From Schizochytrium sp. TIO01 (Eukaryota; Protista; Bigyra: Labyrinthulomycetes): a stretch of DNA of 64,000 nt. The stretch covers positions 1,612,001 to 1,676,000 of the forward strand of contig SMSO01000025.1 in NCBI GenBank assembly GCA_004764695.1, read 5' to 3'. Both the position numbers and the translations under genes were made by a program. Positions 10,139 to 21,488 of the stretch are shown one piece after another; the first letter of the stretch is position 1; each line of letters starts with the position of its first letter. The notes under the pieces were generated by a model. It was not told the origin of the DNA and made no database searches. It saw nothing but the letters and a program-made list of their open reading frames with translations.

Positions 10139-11608
10139 CTCGGACCTGATCGTCGGTCAGTATCCACCAAAGATGTGACAGACAGTCAACCGTCTCAAAT
10201 AGTCCGGTTGATCTACACACAGCCAGGGTTTGCCTTTGTAGCCTTGCTTGGTTCGTGTCGCAGCTGGTTCTTCAAACTCGGATTTGGCTCTCTGTCTTCC
10301 TTCTTCTTCGTCTTCTTCTCTCAAGGTGTTCATAATGATCAAATAAATAATCTTGGTCTTAGTTCTCTCCACTGCATAGTGCCTGCTACTCTAGTGATAG
10401 ATACCCAATTACCTAGCTAGTACGCCTGCAAAGTAAATCTTGATTGCATTACTTCTACGAAGATGTCGGAGACCATCTCAATTCACACAATGAAATGATG
10501 TCACCGTGTGGTCTGCAATCAATTATTCTGCAAGCATAAATATACTATCGTAGCATGTAAATTGATATACCAGTCAGCGTCGTTCTTGCGTGTCTGATGG
10601 ACTGTTCAGAGCTATAGAAGGTCAGATGCTTTAAGAAAGCTGTTGAAATTAATAAAGAGGTGACACAAAGTTGCGGAGGAATCGATCTATTCCTTCTGAT
10701 ACGCAGCCGTCTATACGGTAAATCTAATGACGGCTTCTTGATCATGGTGTGACAGAGTTTGTTTGTACTCCTGACTGAAAGAGCCATGTTTGCTCTTGTG
10801 CTGATAATTTTTAATGCGGCCTCCACGAGAGGTGTGCGAACGAATAAGCGGGAAATTAATAACAAACAAATGTATTGACAGAGCGTCAGAACAAAACAAA
10901 TGTAACTTGTGCTGAAGTTCGCTCAGTGGGCGTACTAGCTGCGTTTCTTCTTTCGATTCCACGGAGGCTCACCCCGTTTGAGTGAGAGAGTCTTGCTTGA
11001 TATCAGGCCTTATCATACCCGGAGATGAATCAATTCAGATGATTCTTCTTCTGCTGCAAAGCTGGCATGTTTCATCCTGCGGACCTATAATTCGACTTCG
11101 AAAGAAAGCATTTGTTTGTGGTGAAGGTGTGAGGAAAAGGTTTCTTTCTGTCTCAGGTTGTCTCTTCTTCATTTTTTAATTTCTTTGATTCTATGAGTTT
11201 TGGTCAACAGAAGCTTATACTTGTGCGGGTTTGGTCCTTTTGCACGGCTGCGTCTACTTGTCTAGACTCCGGGTGTCTCACGCGACAGTCAGGTTGGGGA
11301 ACATCGCTTTGAGTTCCTTCAAAGCCAAGGCGGAAACTTGAAGGAAAAACAAGAAAATATGAAGAACATCAGACCACATTTGGTACTGCCTACATACCGA
11401 TTAGGTAGGGCACAGCGTAGTAGTAGCTTTAAAAACAAAAAACAAAAAGCAATGAACAAAAAAATTTACTTTAGTAAAAAAAGTGGCAGTGAAACAAAGT
11501 AGAAACAGGAAAAGCGGCAATGATCAGGCAGTAGACAAACTCGAAATCGATCGATCACTCCTTGGATCGAAGTTGGTTGCAAGTCAGGGCTCATCAAAGG
11601 TAGCGAGG

Positions 11609-13013
11609 ATGATGTTCACGAGGGGAGGACGAGCTTCTCTGACCACTCTGCGCAGTGGTATGGTGCCCCAGGGATCGCGCGGCATGGCGAAACTGGCGCA
11701 TGAGATCATCCGCAGTGACAAGGCACCTGAGGATTCGAGCGAGCCTCGCAAGACCGCCATTGTCATGCATGGGATTTTGGTACGTTAATGGCAGAGGCGT
11801 AGCGCCTTTATTTGATATGCTCTACCAAAAAGTTTCTGAAATATGGTTTACATAATTTTCTGTCATCTTAGAGACTCAAGCAATTTGTTGAACACTTCAG
11901 ATGCGATCATTCTAAAAGACGCCTTCACAAGTGCTGTTTTGCAGTTAAGACAGCTGCGCAATATCTTTTTTGAGGCGTGCAAGTTGAATTGGTCTGTAAA
12001 ACTTGAGAACACAAGCATGCGCACAAGTATTATGAAGCTAACTGATGAAAAGTGACAACGGTACCATGTTTGCACATGAAACAATTTTGGATTGACCTGG
12101 CGAAACTAACATACACCCTCAATCTCTAAACAAATGTTGGTCAAATTTTGAAACAAAAATGTGCTTTTATGGCCAAAATAAAAAATTATCGCGATGTGTT
12201 AAACAGGGTAATCACAAGAACCTTCGTCAACTTTCGACGCGTCTGGCTAATGCATTCCCAGACTATGACATGCTGCTCCTGACACATCGGGCTCATGGTA
12301 ACTCTGAGCGCGGAGAACCACCCCATACCGTGCATGCTTGTTCTGATGATGTTTTTGGACTTCTTGAAGAGAAAAACATCAAGGCTATTGAGATGGTGAT
12401 TGGTCACTCTTTTGGCGGCAAGGTTTCTTTGGGTTTGTTGGAACGCTTCGCTCAAGGAAAAGCTCCCGCAGGGATGAAGCCTCCCCGCCAAACATGGATC
12501 TTGGACTCACCCCCGGGTCGTTGGGTTCCAGGACACGAAGTTGACTCTAACTCCCTGAGTCAAAGCGTAACTGGCGTCCTTGAAGCGCTGAAGCACTTAC
12601 CTCAACCGCTCAAGTCCAAGTCTCACCTTGTTGAGGAGATGACCAAGCTTGGCTTCTCAATGGAGCTTGCACAGTGGATGACTCTCAACGTGCAGCGTGT
12701 TGCACAGGGTGAGTACTGCTGGAGCTTTGATCTCGATATTATCCAGCAGCTCTTCCAGTCCCACACTGAGACGGACTTTTGGCCTCTTCTTGAAGGAGAT
12801 TGGCTTGCTTCGCACCCGGAGTGCACCGTTAGCTTTCTTCAGGCTGAACGCAATGGTGCTTGGACTGAGAGTCTTGTGCGCCGCTTTGATGAGCACCCTC
12901 ACCCCGAGCAAGTGCAGCGTATCCTTATTCCTAACGCGGGACACTGGCTTCACGTGGAAAACCCGAAGGAGGTCTTTGAGGCCATGGCTCCCTCATTCCA
13001 CCCGAACGCTTAA
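11609..13013 (+). CDS. ABHD11-like alpha/beta hydrolase, probable mitochondrial presequence; 2 exons
   Basis: Exon1 11609-11779 (...IVMHGIL), intron 11780-12206 (GTACGT...AAACAG), exon2 12207-13013 (GNHKN...). Splicing restores the HGILGN oxyanion motif; nucleophile GHSFGG; catalytic His in AGHWLHVENP; Arg/Ser-rich N-terminus. Confidence 0.88.
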
Positions 13014-13135
13014 GCCGATCATGCCACATACCTTAATTACTCTTTTGCTGTCTCCAATCAATACATTTCCAAATATCGAGAAGGAGACGAAGGCCTTCCG
13101 TGGGCCATTACCTCATCGACAATTGCTCGTTGTCA

Positions 13136-13698
13136 TCATTTCAAGGAGACCATATTACCATCGATACCATTGGTATCAGCATCGGTATCATCATTATCAT
13201 CATCATATTTCTCTGGTGAATGGATGTAGATCTTGAATCCAATCCACATGATGTACATGAGCATGATGCCGGCGGGAATAAGTGCAGGGGTAAACACGAG
13301 CCAAAATACAACCCCTCTCTGTTGAAAGTTTTCCTCTAACTCGCTCGCCTTATACGTCACAACGGCATCCATGAAATGCCAAAGGTACCTGTTCCTTTCG
13401 TCAAATTCACAAGCGTTAGCGTTAGTAGTTCAATCTCAAAAATCATGAAAATGAATCCATTCAACCTGAAAAACTATTTCAACTATCTCCTTTTTTGTAC
13501 TGTACCACTGTGATGGTATATGCAAATAATCCTCCATGTACGATAACAATCTCTGCAAACTAGAAAACATCAAAATCCTAGGCATGTTTGCAAGGCAACG
13601 TAGGAGATGTATGAATGACTTGGTTTGTGTCAAACTTACACAGCCAGGCAAGCTGTACCTAAGACAACCAAGGAGGTGCCCAACAGCCGAGGGTGCAT
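13136..13698 (-). CDS. PIG-Y-like GPI-GlcNAc transferase small subunit; 3 exons
   Basis: Exons 13698-13640, 13559-13506, 13388-13136, with GTAAGT..CTAG and GTACAG..ACAG introns of consistent phase. Product: MHPRLLGTSLVVLGTACLAVLQRLL...ASELEENFQQRGVVFWLVFTPALIPAGIMLMYIMWIGFKIYIHS, which resembles the PIG-Y C-terminus (..P..IP......W.G.K.F.H). An alternative upstream ATG lies at 13860. Confidence 0.62.
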
Positions 13699-14443
13699 GC
13701 TTGCAGGCGAGGTAGGGTTACTTCTTGCCCTCCTGTCGTGCTTCCGGAGCCTTTTGCCCTTAAACGTATGGTTGTGCGTCTCAATCAAGGCTTGACTGAT
13801 ATGTAGGTAGCTTGCTCCCTTTTGCTCATTTTGGGATTGGGAGATTAAGTTGTCCGCCATACAGCGTCTACCTATCCAAATTTTCTACTAGAACAAAGTA
13901 GTATCTATTATGGTGTTCTTTTTCTTTTTCTCTTTCTTTTTTCAAATAAAAAAAGAGAACAGAGAAAAGAGAAAAAAATATCATGCGAATGAAATTGTTC
14001 TTCTTTTCTTTAATGCTAACAGAATTTAAGTCTTCAAGTCATGCCTGGCTTCTGGCTGAAGGAAGTGCCTTGCACATCCTCTGCGAAAAACTGCAGTACG
14101 TCCTTTCTCTATCAGGTTCGACTTTACCTGATGAGCCGATTGGTATAGAATTGCAAGATTTTTTTAACTTAATAAAAACCTTGTTTCGATAAGGCAGACG
14201 GCACATAGACCATTTAATGCGCTTTAATAAAAAATAAAAGCAGGGGTAAAAATGGTCTAACGGGTCGCAAGGGAAAGTAAGCGCACCTTAAAATATGAAG
14301 GATGACTCTGCAATACATAGTAACAACACAAGTTGTCCAAGAAGTCGGGTGATGACTACAAGAGAGTTAAGTCCTGCTTGCAGCATCAACAGTGCAGGTA
14401 AAAACCCTGCTGGTGTGAAACTTGCTGCTGGGCGTGGAGGAAC

Positions 14444-16033
14444 ATGCAAGACGCCGACGTCAAGGAGGAGCGTCAAGGTGAAGAACGAAAAGGTCTTCCC
14501 ACAAGGAACGTATTACGTCTTCCATCTCTCTCGTCATTTTACTTATCACCATACCTTACATGTGGAGAATGTAACTCAATTGCTTTCATCAACAGCAAAG
14601 TTGTTGAGAAAGCTCTTATCCGGCTTTCTGAGTTTGAGATTAGCGAGCTCCAAGCTCGAGAACAGACACTGCAGACAGAAGCAAACCCAGAAAGCCCATC
14701 TCGTGAGAGCGAAGATAGTGAGGATGAGGAGTCTTGCGATGATAATGAAAACAGTAATGAAGCTAAGCGTGAGACACGGGAAGATATTTTGCACGGGTTA
14801 GAACTAGAGGCATTGCCAAGATGCCCTGGATGCCAACGCACGCACACTTGGTTTGTGGGAGCACTTGACTTATCTGGACACATTGCGGGGAATGCTAAAG
14901 AGCGCAGAAGACTACAACGCCTCATGCATCGATGCGCAATCCGTATTCAAGCGATCGTCCGTGGAATTAGAGATCGTGGCCGTGCGGACAAAATTCGTGA
15001 AGAGAAACTTGCGTTGGAGGCGCTCATATTCCGAAGTGCATCACTAATAGCAGCAGCTTATCGAGGGCATCTAGATCGTCGTGCGGCACGCGTAGAGCGT
15101 AGCTTACGAAGAATTAATGGCACTCATAAAATTGTAATGAATGAGGCGCTCAAACCACGCAAAGGTCGGCGCGTTTTTTGGTACAAACGAAAAGAAGAAA
15201 TTAAACTCTTACATCAAGACTATAGAATTCTCGTGGAGCGTACAGGAAACGACCCGCCCTTGCACATTGTGGAGAGTAACATTGTTGAGATAGCAAAGCG
15301 CGTCCACGAGATTGAATGTAAACGTGCTGCGCGCATTCAATGTCGCGTACGTGGCATGATTGGTCGTAAATTTATTCGCCAGTATCGAATTGAACGTTCG
15401 TATGTGCTGGCTTTGCGTTGCTCAGCAGTTTTTCCAATTCAACGTGCTGTCCGCATGTGGCGTGCATATGGTGAACTTCGAAAGCGGCGATTGCTGAAGC
15501 GAAGACAAGAAATATGTGATCAGTACCAGAGCGAAGCTTCACATCGATCTCGTGAGAACATAGAGTCAAAGTTGAATAAAGGGGTTCTTCGGGCATATAA
15601 ACATGATGTACGTGTTGATAAAGCGGGCCGAATGATGGTGCCTGGGTTTATTGGTAATAATTCAGCAGTAGCACGATCACGCCATACTATTGCACGGGTA
15701 AACTCCCTCCAGAGCTGGCAACGAGTTGGCCGTGAAGAGAAGTCAAGGGAAATAGCACAAGTTTGTGCTCGTGCTGACTTCTGTGAGCGCAAATGCGAGG
15801 AACGCAGCACTCGTAGGCTTTACTTTGGCAAGGAGTTGGAAGAAGCAGCTCGTGTCGAAGAAGCTGCACAAGGACCTATAAGAAGACCAGGAGTTACAAC
15901 AGCATCGTTTATGCGTGAATTAGAAAAGTATCGGCGGACGAAGTCGCGCGTGAACCAAACAATTCCTCAGCGGCGACAGGAAGATTATCCACACCCACGG
16001 CTACAGGAACAATCCCCTAAACAACAGCGTTAA
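14444..16033 (+). CDS. IQ-motif (calmodulin-binding) protein with a split CxxC...CxxC Zn-ribbon-like N-terminus
   Basis: IQ-like motifs AIRIQAIVRGIRDR, ASLIAAAYRGHLDR, AARIQCRVRGMIGR, FPIQRAVRMW; TCGECN and RCPGCQR separated by an acidic insert. Confidence 0.75.
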   Translation: MQDADVKEERQGEERKGLPTRNVLRLPSLSSFYLSPYLTCGECNSIAFINSKVVEKALIRLSEFEISELQAREQTLQTEANPESPSRESEDSEDEESCDDNENSNEAKRETREDILHGLELEALPRCPGCQRTHTWFVGALDLSGHIAGNAKERRRLQRLMHRCAIRIQAIVRGIRDRGRADKIREEKLALEALIFRSASLIAAAYRGHLDRRAARVERSLRRINGTHKIVMNEALKPRKGRRVFWYKRKEEIKLLHQDYRILVERTGNDPPLHIVESNIVEIAKRVHEIECKRAARIQCRVRGMIGRKFIRQYRIERSYVLALRCSAVFPIQRAVRMWRAYGELRKRRLLKRRQEICDQYQSEASHRSRENIESKLNKGVLRAYKHDVRVDKAGRMMVPGFIGNNSAVARSRHTIARVNSLQSWQRVGREEKSREIAQVCARADFCERKCEERSTRRLYFGKELEEAARVEEAAQGPIRRPGVTTASFMRELEKYRRTKSRVNQTIPQRRQEDYPHPRLQEQSPKQQR

Positions 16034-16077
16034 ACGAACAGCGGCTGAAGGTTAGAGCTTTGATACTGCTGAAAATA

Positions 16078-16557
16078 TTAAGCAATGGGAGGGTTCCTTC
16101 GTACCTCTTCGCGAACACGCTCACGGTAGGCGTCGAGGTTTGTCGTAAAGAGCTTGTATGGTTCTGCTTGGGCAGGAGAGTTTGGGTTGGGGCTATCTAG
16201 GAGGTCTTGAATGCCGAGCAACAAGGTGCGCACGGTGAGAGAAGGGTTCCAGTCTTCGTCGGCGTTGAGGATTGAGAGGCAGACGGTGCCAGAAGGATAC
16301 ACGTTAGGGTGGAAAAGTACAGGAACAAATTGGACCTTGGGTGGCGTGGAAGGGTAGTCCTCGGGGAAAGCAAAGGTCAAGTGGAAGAGTCCACCCTCCC
16401 AGATAGTGTTGACCTTGCCAGGAATAGCACACTCCCAAAACATGAGGTTGGTGGAACCATCCTCATTACGCTTTGGCCTTGCATAGAAGCCAGGCGGGTG
16501 GTCCTTGCGCCATTGCTTGCGCTCCTCCGTGAGCCGCTTCCTCGCAAAGTCTGACAT
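16078..16557 (-). CDS. UBC9: SUMO-conjugating enzyme Ubc9
   Basis: [35 protein letters not shown] catalytic Cys, SPAQAEPY. Confidence 0.95.
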   Translation of the reverse strand: MSDFARKRLTEERKQWRKDHPPGFYARPKRNEDGSTNLMFWECAIPGKVNTIWEGGLFHLTFAFPEDYPSTPPKVQFVPVLFHPNVYPSGTVCLSILNADEDWNPSLTVRTLLLGIQDLLDSPNPNSPAQAEPYKLFTTNLDAYRERVREEVRRNPPIA

Positions 16558-18305
16558 TTTCGCTTGCTTGGATGGACTTCTTTCTTTACGCTACCTCTGT
16601 GTACTTTGGTGCGTCGAGAGACTCGGGCTCGAGTTTGCGTTCTTTCTTTGGTTGCCTATTCTCGCGAGGAACTTGGGCCTTGAGCGCCGTAGGTTTTGTG
16701 TTGAGTTAAACGAGGCTGAGGCTGAGTTATTCTGGACGTCTCCAGCTTAAAGAGGAGGAGGAGGTGGAGAAGTGACAGCAGCCGAATCAGCCCACGCCAA
16801 GCAGACGCTAACCACACGGCGAACGTCGAACGGTCGTTTCCCCTTACCACAGAGGCGGCTCGTGCGAAGCGATAGTCGGGGCGGGAAGCTGCTTGTAGCA
16901 ATGGTATGCCTCCGCGCCGCAGGGTTGGTTGCGTTCCCCTGCAAGAGAGGTTTCGTGTTTGCCTGTCTGTTTCATTGTCTGTTGACCACTTTCTCTTCTT
17001 CTCTTTCCTGTTCCTGCGCGACAAAGTAAGAGACTCCAATGATAGTGCCTCTTATGAGTAACCACTAGCAGTGAATATAACCATCGTACCCTATAGCCAC
17101 GAAGGTGCTATGCTCCCTTGAGCTACTGCTAGTCGCTCTCAAGCTTGCATCCTCCATCAAATTGCTTGGGCAAATCGAGTCCACTCCATCACAATACGTA
17201 ATGCATTGACAATCTCTCTGCTCTCAACTGCGCTCTCAACTTCACCTCCGTTCCATCATCCTCGTCGAAGGAACTGGAAGAAAGAAATCAAACAACGTCA
17301 GAAGTCGCTTCAGAGCGGCGCTCCATCATTAAAATACAAGGTATTTTAACAATAAACTACGTCGCCGCCAAGTCCTACCAGACCTTTATCTACTGCTAGG
17401 CGAGCCTGAAAGTAAGGAACTTGAGCCTTCACAATTGCTTGCCCATTGACGGAGGAGTTCTTCGGCTCAGAGCCACGCCAACCACATCTTCAGATCGTGG
17501 ATGGCAGCGCCTATCCAGCTAGAGTCTGTCTATATATCCAGTAATTCCAGCCCCACGTCTGGCCGGCCAGCTTTCGAGGCCCTCTGGTAATGACGCAGGT
17601 GCGAACAAGAAAGGACTTAGTTCTCCGCATGAAGAAAACAAATGCTCATTTGTCTCCTGAAAACCATGGGGTCCCAATGTCACTAGACTCCCTACCCCGG
17701 CGCTAACCGATGCTACCACCTGCCGTGTGCCTATAGGACCCAGTAGGGTTCCAAAGTAAATTATTAACAAAATAAATGAATGAAAATAAAGCACTTTCGA
17801 AGTTTTAATTCTAAAGTTCAAATCTCAAAAAAAAGAAAAGAAAGAAAGAAAGATAAAGAAGAGATGAAGGAAGCAAAGCAACTTCAAGGCGCCTGCCTGC
17901 CTCCTCGCCTCCTCGCCCCGCTTTGGCTTGAGGCCGCCGATGAGGCGGTGCCCGGCCACGCCTGGACCAGGAGGGGCCTCCGGGGCCTCACTTCTGCTGG
18001 CCCTCCCTGTCCAGGCCCGGCTTGATCGAGCGAGCGAGCGAGCGAGCAAGTTCTGCTCGAGAGGGGTCCCGCTGTTCTCCAGTTCTGATCCGCCTGCCGC
18101 CACTCCTATCCAGCACCTAACTAGCCCTACCTGTCTACCAGCTAGCTAGGGGCTCGCTAGAAGCTCCCGTAAGCGAGTTTTCCGTATCCGTTCCTAAACA
18201 TTATTCACTCCCACTCGAAAGCTTAAAGGGATTCTTTCTTTCTTTCTATGGGACCAATGCGGAAATGAATGTGATTCAATGCAATCGACCATTTCCGTAG
18301 AGATA

Positions 18306-18307
<2 letters not shown>

Positions 18308-18342
<35 letters not shown>
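18308..18342. repeat. (CAAT)n microsatellite
   Basis: ~8-9 perfect tandem units. Confidence 0.95.
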
Positions 18343-18343
<1 letters not shown>

Positions 18344-18646
18344 CGAACTCTAAGCGACCGTCCGTCACGGTGCTCTAAGGCCCTCCTTGGGGATGAATTG
18401 GATAGCCTCGCGTGGCCAGTACGAGTTCTTTCTCGCTCTGGCGCGTAGAAGAAGAAACCACTGCTACAGGCGCTGACTTACGGGTGCGCGAGGAGGTGCT
18501 AGCAGCTTCTAGGGTTCTGCATAGGAGGCTGGGCGGGCGGGCCCTCGAAGAAAGAAGAAGAAGAAGAAGCTGATGGGGAGAAGCAGAGAGGGCGGAGGCG
18601 GGTAGGAGTTGCTAGAGGAGTGCTAGCCATCTAGTTTTATGCAGTT

Positions 18647-18725
18647 TGTATGTATGTATGTATGTATGTATGTATGTATGTATGTATGTATGTATGTATG
18701 TATGTATGTATGTATGTATGTATGT
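18647..18725. repeat. (TATG)n microsatellite
   Basis: ~19 perfect tandem units. Confidence 0.97.
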
Positions 18726-19090
18726 GTGTCATTGATTCTGTAGAGGAGAATCAATGCATATATGAATAAGGAGATGCGTTGAAATGAATCTCTCATGAAT
18801 TAATTGTGGTCAGAAAATAGGGACATAAAGAGACAAAGAGAGACACAAAGACAGAGACAAAGAGACAAAGAGACAAAGAGAGAAAGAGACAAAGAGAGTT
18901 CGCAGACGGATAGAACCGAAGGACAGTCACAGTCTCACAGACAGTCAGATAGACAGTCGCCTGAGGCCGTCTCCCCGCCGCACGGCTCCCGGGAAGGACG
19001 CCGAAGGCAGAGGGGAGGCAGAGCAGCCGCCTCGCAGCAGCGCTCGGCGAGAGCTTTGCGGCTTCAAGCAGCGAGCGGTTATCTCTCCTT

Positions 19091-19176
19091 CAGTCTGTCT
19101 GTCTGTCAGTCTGTCTGTCTGTCTGTCAGTCTGTCTGTCTGTCAGTCTGTATGTATGTATGTGAGTCTGTCTCTGT
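19091..19176. repeat. (GTCT)n/(GTAT)n compound microsatellite
   Basis: cagtctgtctgtctgt units repeated, followed by gtat units. Confidence 0.85.
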
Positions 19177-20174
19177 CGAAGACGGACTTTGGGGCTCTGT
19201 ATTGTAAACATCCTGCGTAGGAGTCAATAGGCACATCATACCAAAAGAAAGAAACACAGCAAAGCAATGTATACAATGCGTTCGCGTATTATCTGCGCAC
19301 GGGTACACTGTGAATGTATGGGCGCACCACCCACCCACGTGCGACTACTCTATGTATATGTATGATATATGAGACAGACATGGATGAATTGTGCATATAT
19401 AATATAGGACAGAAGGAGCGAAAGCGACCCTAGGGGCCTCGTGGGGGAAACGTGTAGGAGTGTGCACCCCCGCGCTCTGTCCCGAAGAAGGATTGCTTAC
19501 TTACTTACTTACTTACATAGAAACTAAGAAGCGGAGAAGACGTCTTCGAGGCCGCAGGCCATGGCGCAGTGGATAAGGCTGGGCAGAGGGACAGAGGACA
19601 CCACGGGCGAGAGAGGCACACGCACAAGAGAGGAGGGAAGATCCACAGCGCCACAGAGAGAGCTGACGTGCAGCCCCACCCCCCCCTGCCCCGGCAGCGG
19701 CACGGTGATGGCGTCGTCTTCTCTTGGGCGGTCTGAATTGCCTTTGCCATTTTAAACCTTTTCAAGCGAAGAAAAGCAGTTCAATGGAGAGAGCATTCTC
19801 GTGCTTATTCACTCACTCACTCACTCACTCACTCGCACGCAAGCGAGCAAGGGCCTGCGCAGGGCAGAAGGGAGCTGCTGCGGAGGACAGAACCTACCCC
19901 TTGGCCCTCTGGCCGCTGCGTCTTCGCTTGCTCTGCCGCCCGTGGGTCGCTCAGGTTGTTTCGACAAAGAAGAATAAACTAAACTCTAACTTCGTCAACA
20001 ACGTTGTTGATAGAACTTTGCGACTGTCAATCAATAATAGAAAGTATCAATAGAAAGTATGGCGGTTCTTACCTCACTTAATTAAGTGTTTTCTCAATCG
20101 CCTCGTTGTTGCCAGTTTCGGGTAGGTGCCCGCTAGCACCTCCTACGCTACTCAGGAGATCAGGTACATCGAAG

Positions 20175-20214
20175 GAATGAATGAATGAATGAATGAATGA
20201 ATGAATGAATGAAT
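20175..20214. repeat. (GAAT)10 microsatellite
   Basis: perfect tandem repeat. Confidence 0.95.
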
Positions 20215-20679
20215 TGTAAACAAAGTTTGCGGAAAGTAAAACTTTCTCAAAGAACCAGTCTGATGGATGAAGGCTTTTGCTGCTTCTTTCACGCACGCCG
20301 ACCATGCGAAGAACCTCAAGTCTAATCGGTGGGGCCAGCTCCTCTCTCTCTCGGTCCAGCTGAGCTTTGGGTGGTGGCAGCGCTACTCTGCGACCTTTCC
20401 AGGTTGACAGAGGATCGTAGGGTTTTGATTCCTCTGTTTGCAAGTGCTTCTGTTGTCTTCACAAGTCGCAGCAGAATTCCCTATGTACTATAATAATAAG
20501 AACAGTAATAAGAATGATAATGATAGTGATGATAGTTATTCTTACTATGTTCGTAATTACTTTTCTAATTTTAGTTTTAACCGATTAAAAAATAAAACAA
20601 AGAAGACATCAGTAAGTAAGAGTAGTTATACGGGCAGTAGGATGGCTCTGTCTCTTTCTCTCTCCTTTTCTGTCCTCCC

Positions 20680-20829
20680 CATTCTCTCTCTTCTCTTCTC
20701 TTCTCTTCTCTTCTCTCTCTTTTCTTTTCGTTTTCCTTTCGAGTCCCTTATACTCTTTCTCTTCTCTTCTCTTCTCTTCTCTTCTTTTCTTTTCTTTTCT
20801 TTTCTTTTCTTTTCTTTTCTTTTCTTTTC
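20680..20829. repeat. polypyrimidine (CTTCT)n/(CTTTT)n tract
   Basis: pentamer pyrimidine repeats; explains the spurious ORFs 20438-20884 and 20626-21189. Confidence 0.9.
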
Positions 20830-21488
20830 GTTCATACGTACTCTGAGTTTGCCTGATTTGTCCCTGTTAAAGAAGACAAAGTAAATAAGAAAGTAGAAAG
20901 AAGAAAATTGTTTCTTGATTCCTTTCTTGCGCTGTCTGTAGTGAATACAGTAGGGACTCCTAGGCGGTACTCTTTCCTCCTTCAGACTACGCACTCTTTG
21001 TTTATAGAAGTGAAGAAAGAGAGAGAGAGAGAGAAAGAAAGAAAAGCACAGAATCAGAGAATTACTATTGCTCAAAAGCACAGCATTAGCAACAGCAGCA
21101 GCAAGTCTCTTCTCTTCTCGCAGCAGTACAGAAACACAGCCAAAGTGGGTTACGACACACGAATAGCTCGCTCCCACGCATCCACGCATCCACGCTTTGA
21201 CGTTGATTCTACAGGTGGCATTGTCACTTGGGTCGTTTGTTCTTTCGCTCGCCTGCTCGCTGTTGGAGATTCCTCCCCTGTGCGAGGGAGATTGCCTGCT
21301 AATCTGAACAAGCTCTCAGACACTGAGACTTCTCAGAAGACCTCCCCAACTCTGCATCTGCGCAAAGACGTTGTGGAGCACAACTCCCCCAGGATCGAAA
21401 CAGTTCGTGGTCGCAGCCAAGCTTTTGCAGCAGCAGATCCGCTCAAGCTGGATTTCGTAGATTTGAACCAAAAGAAGAAAATCCCGGC

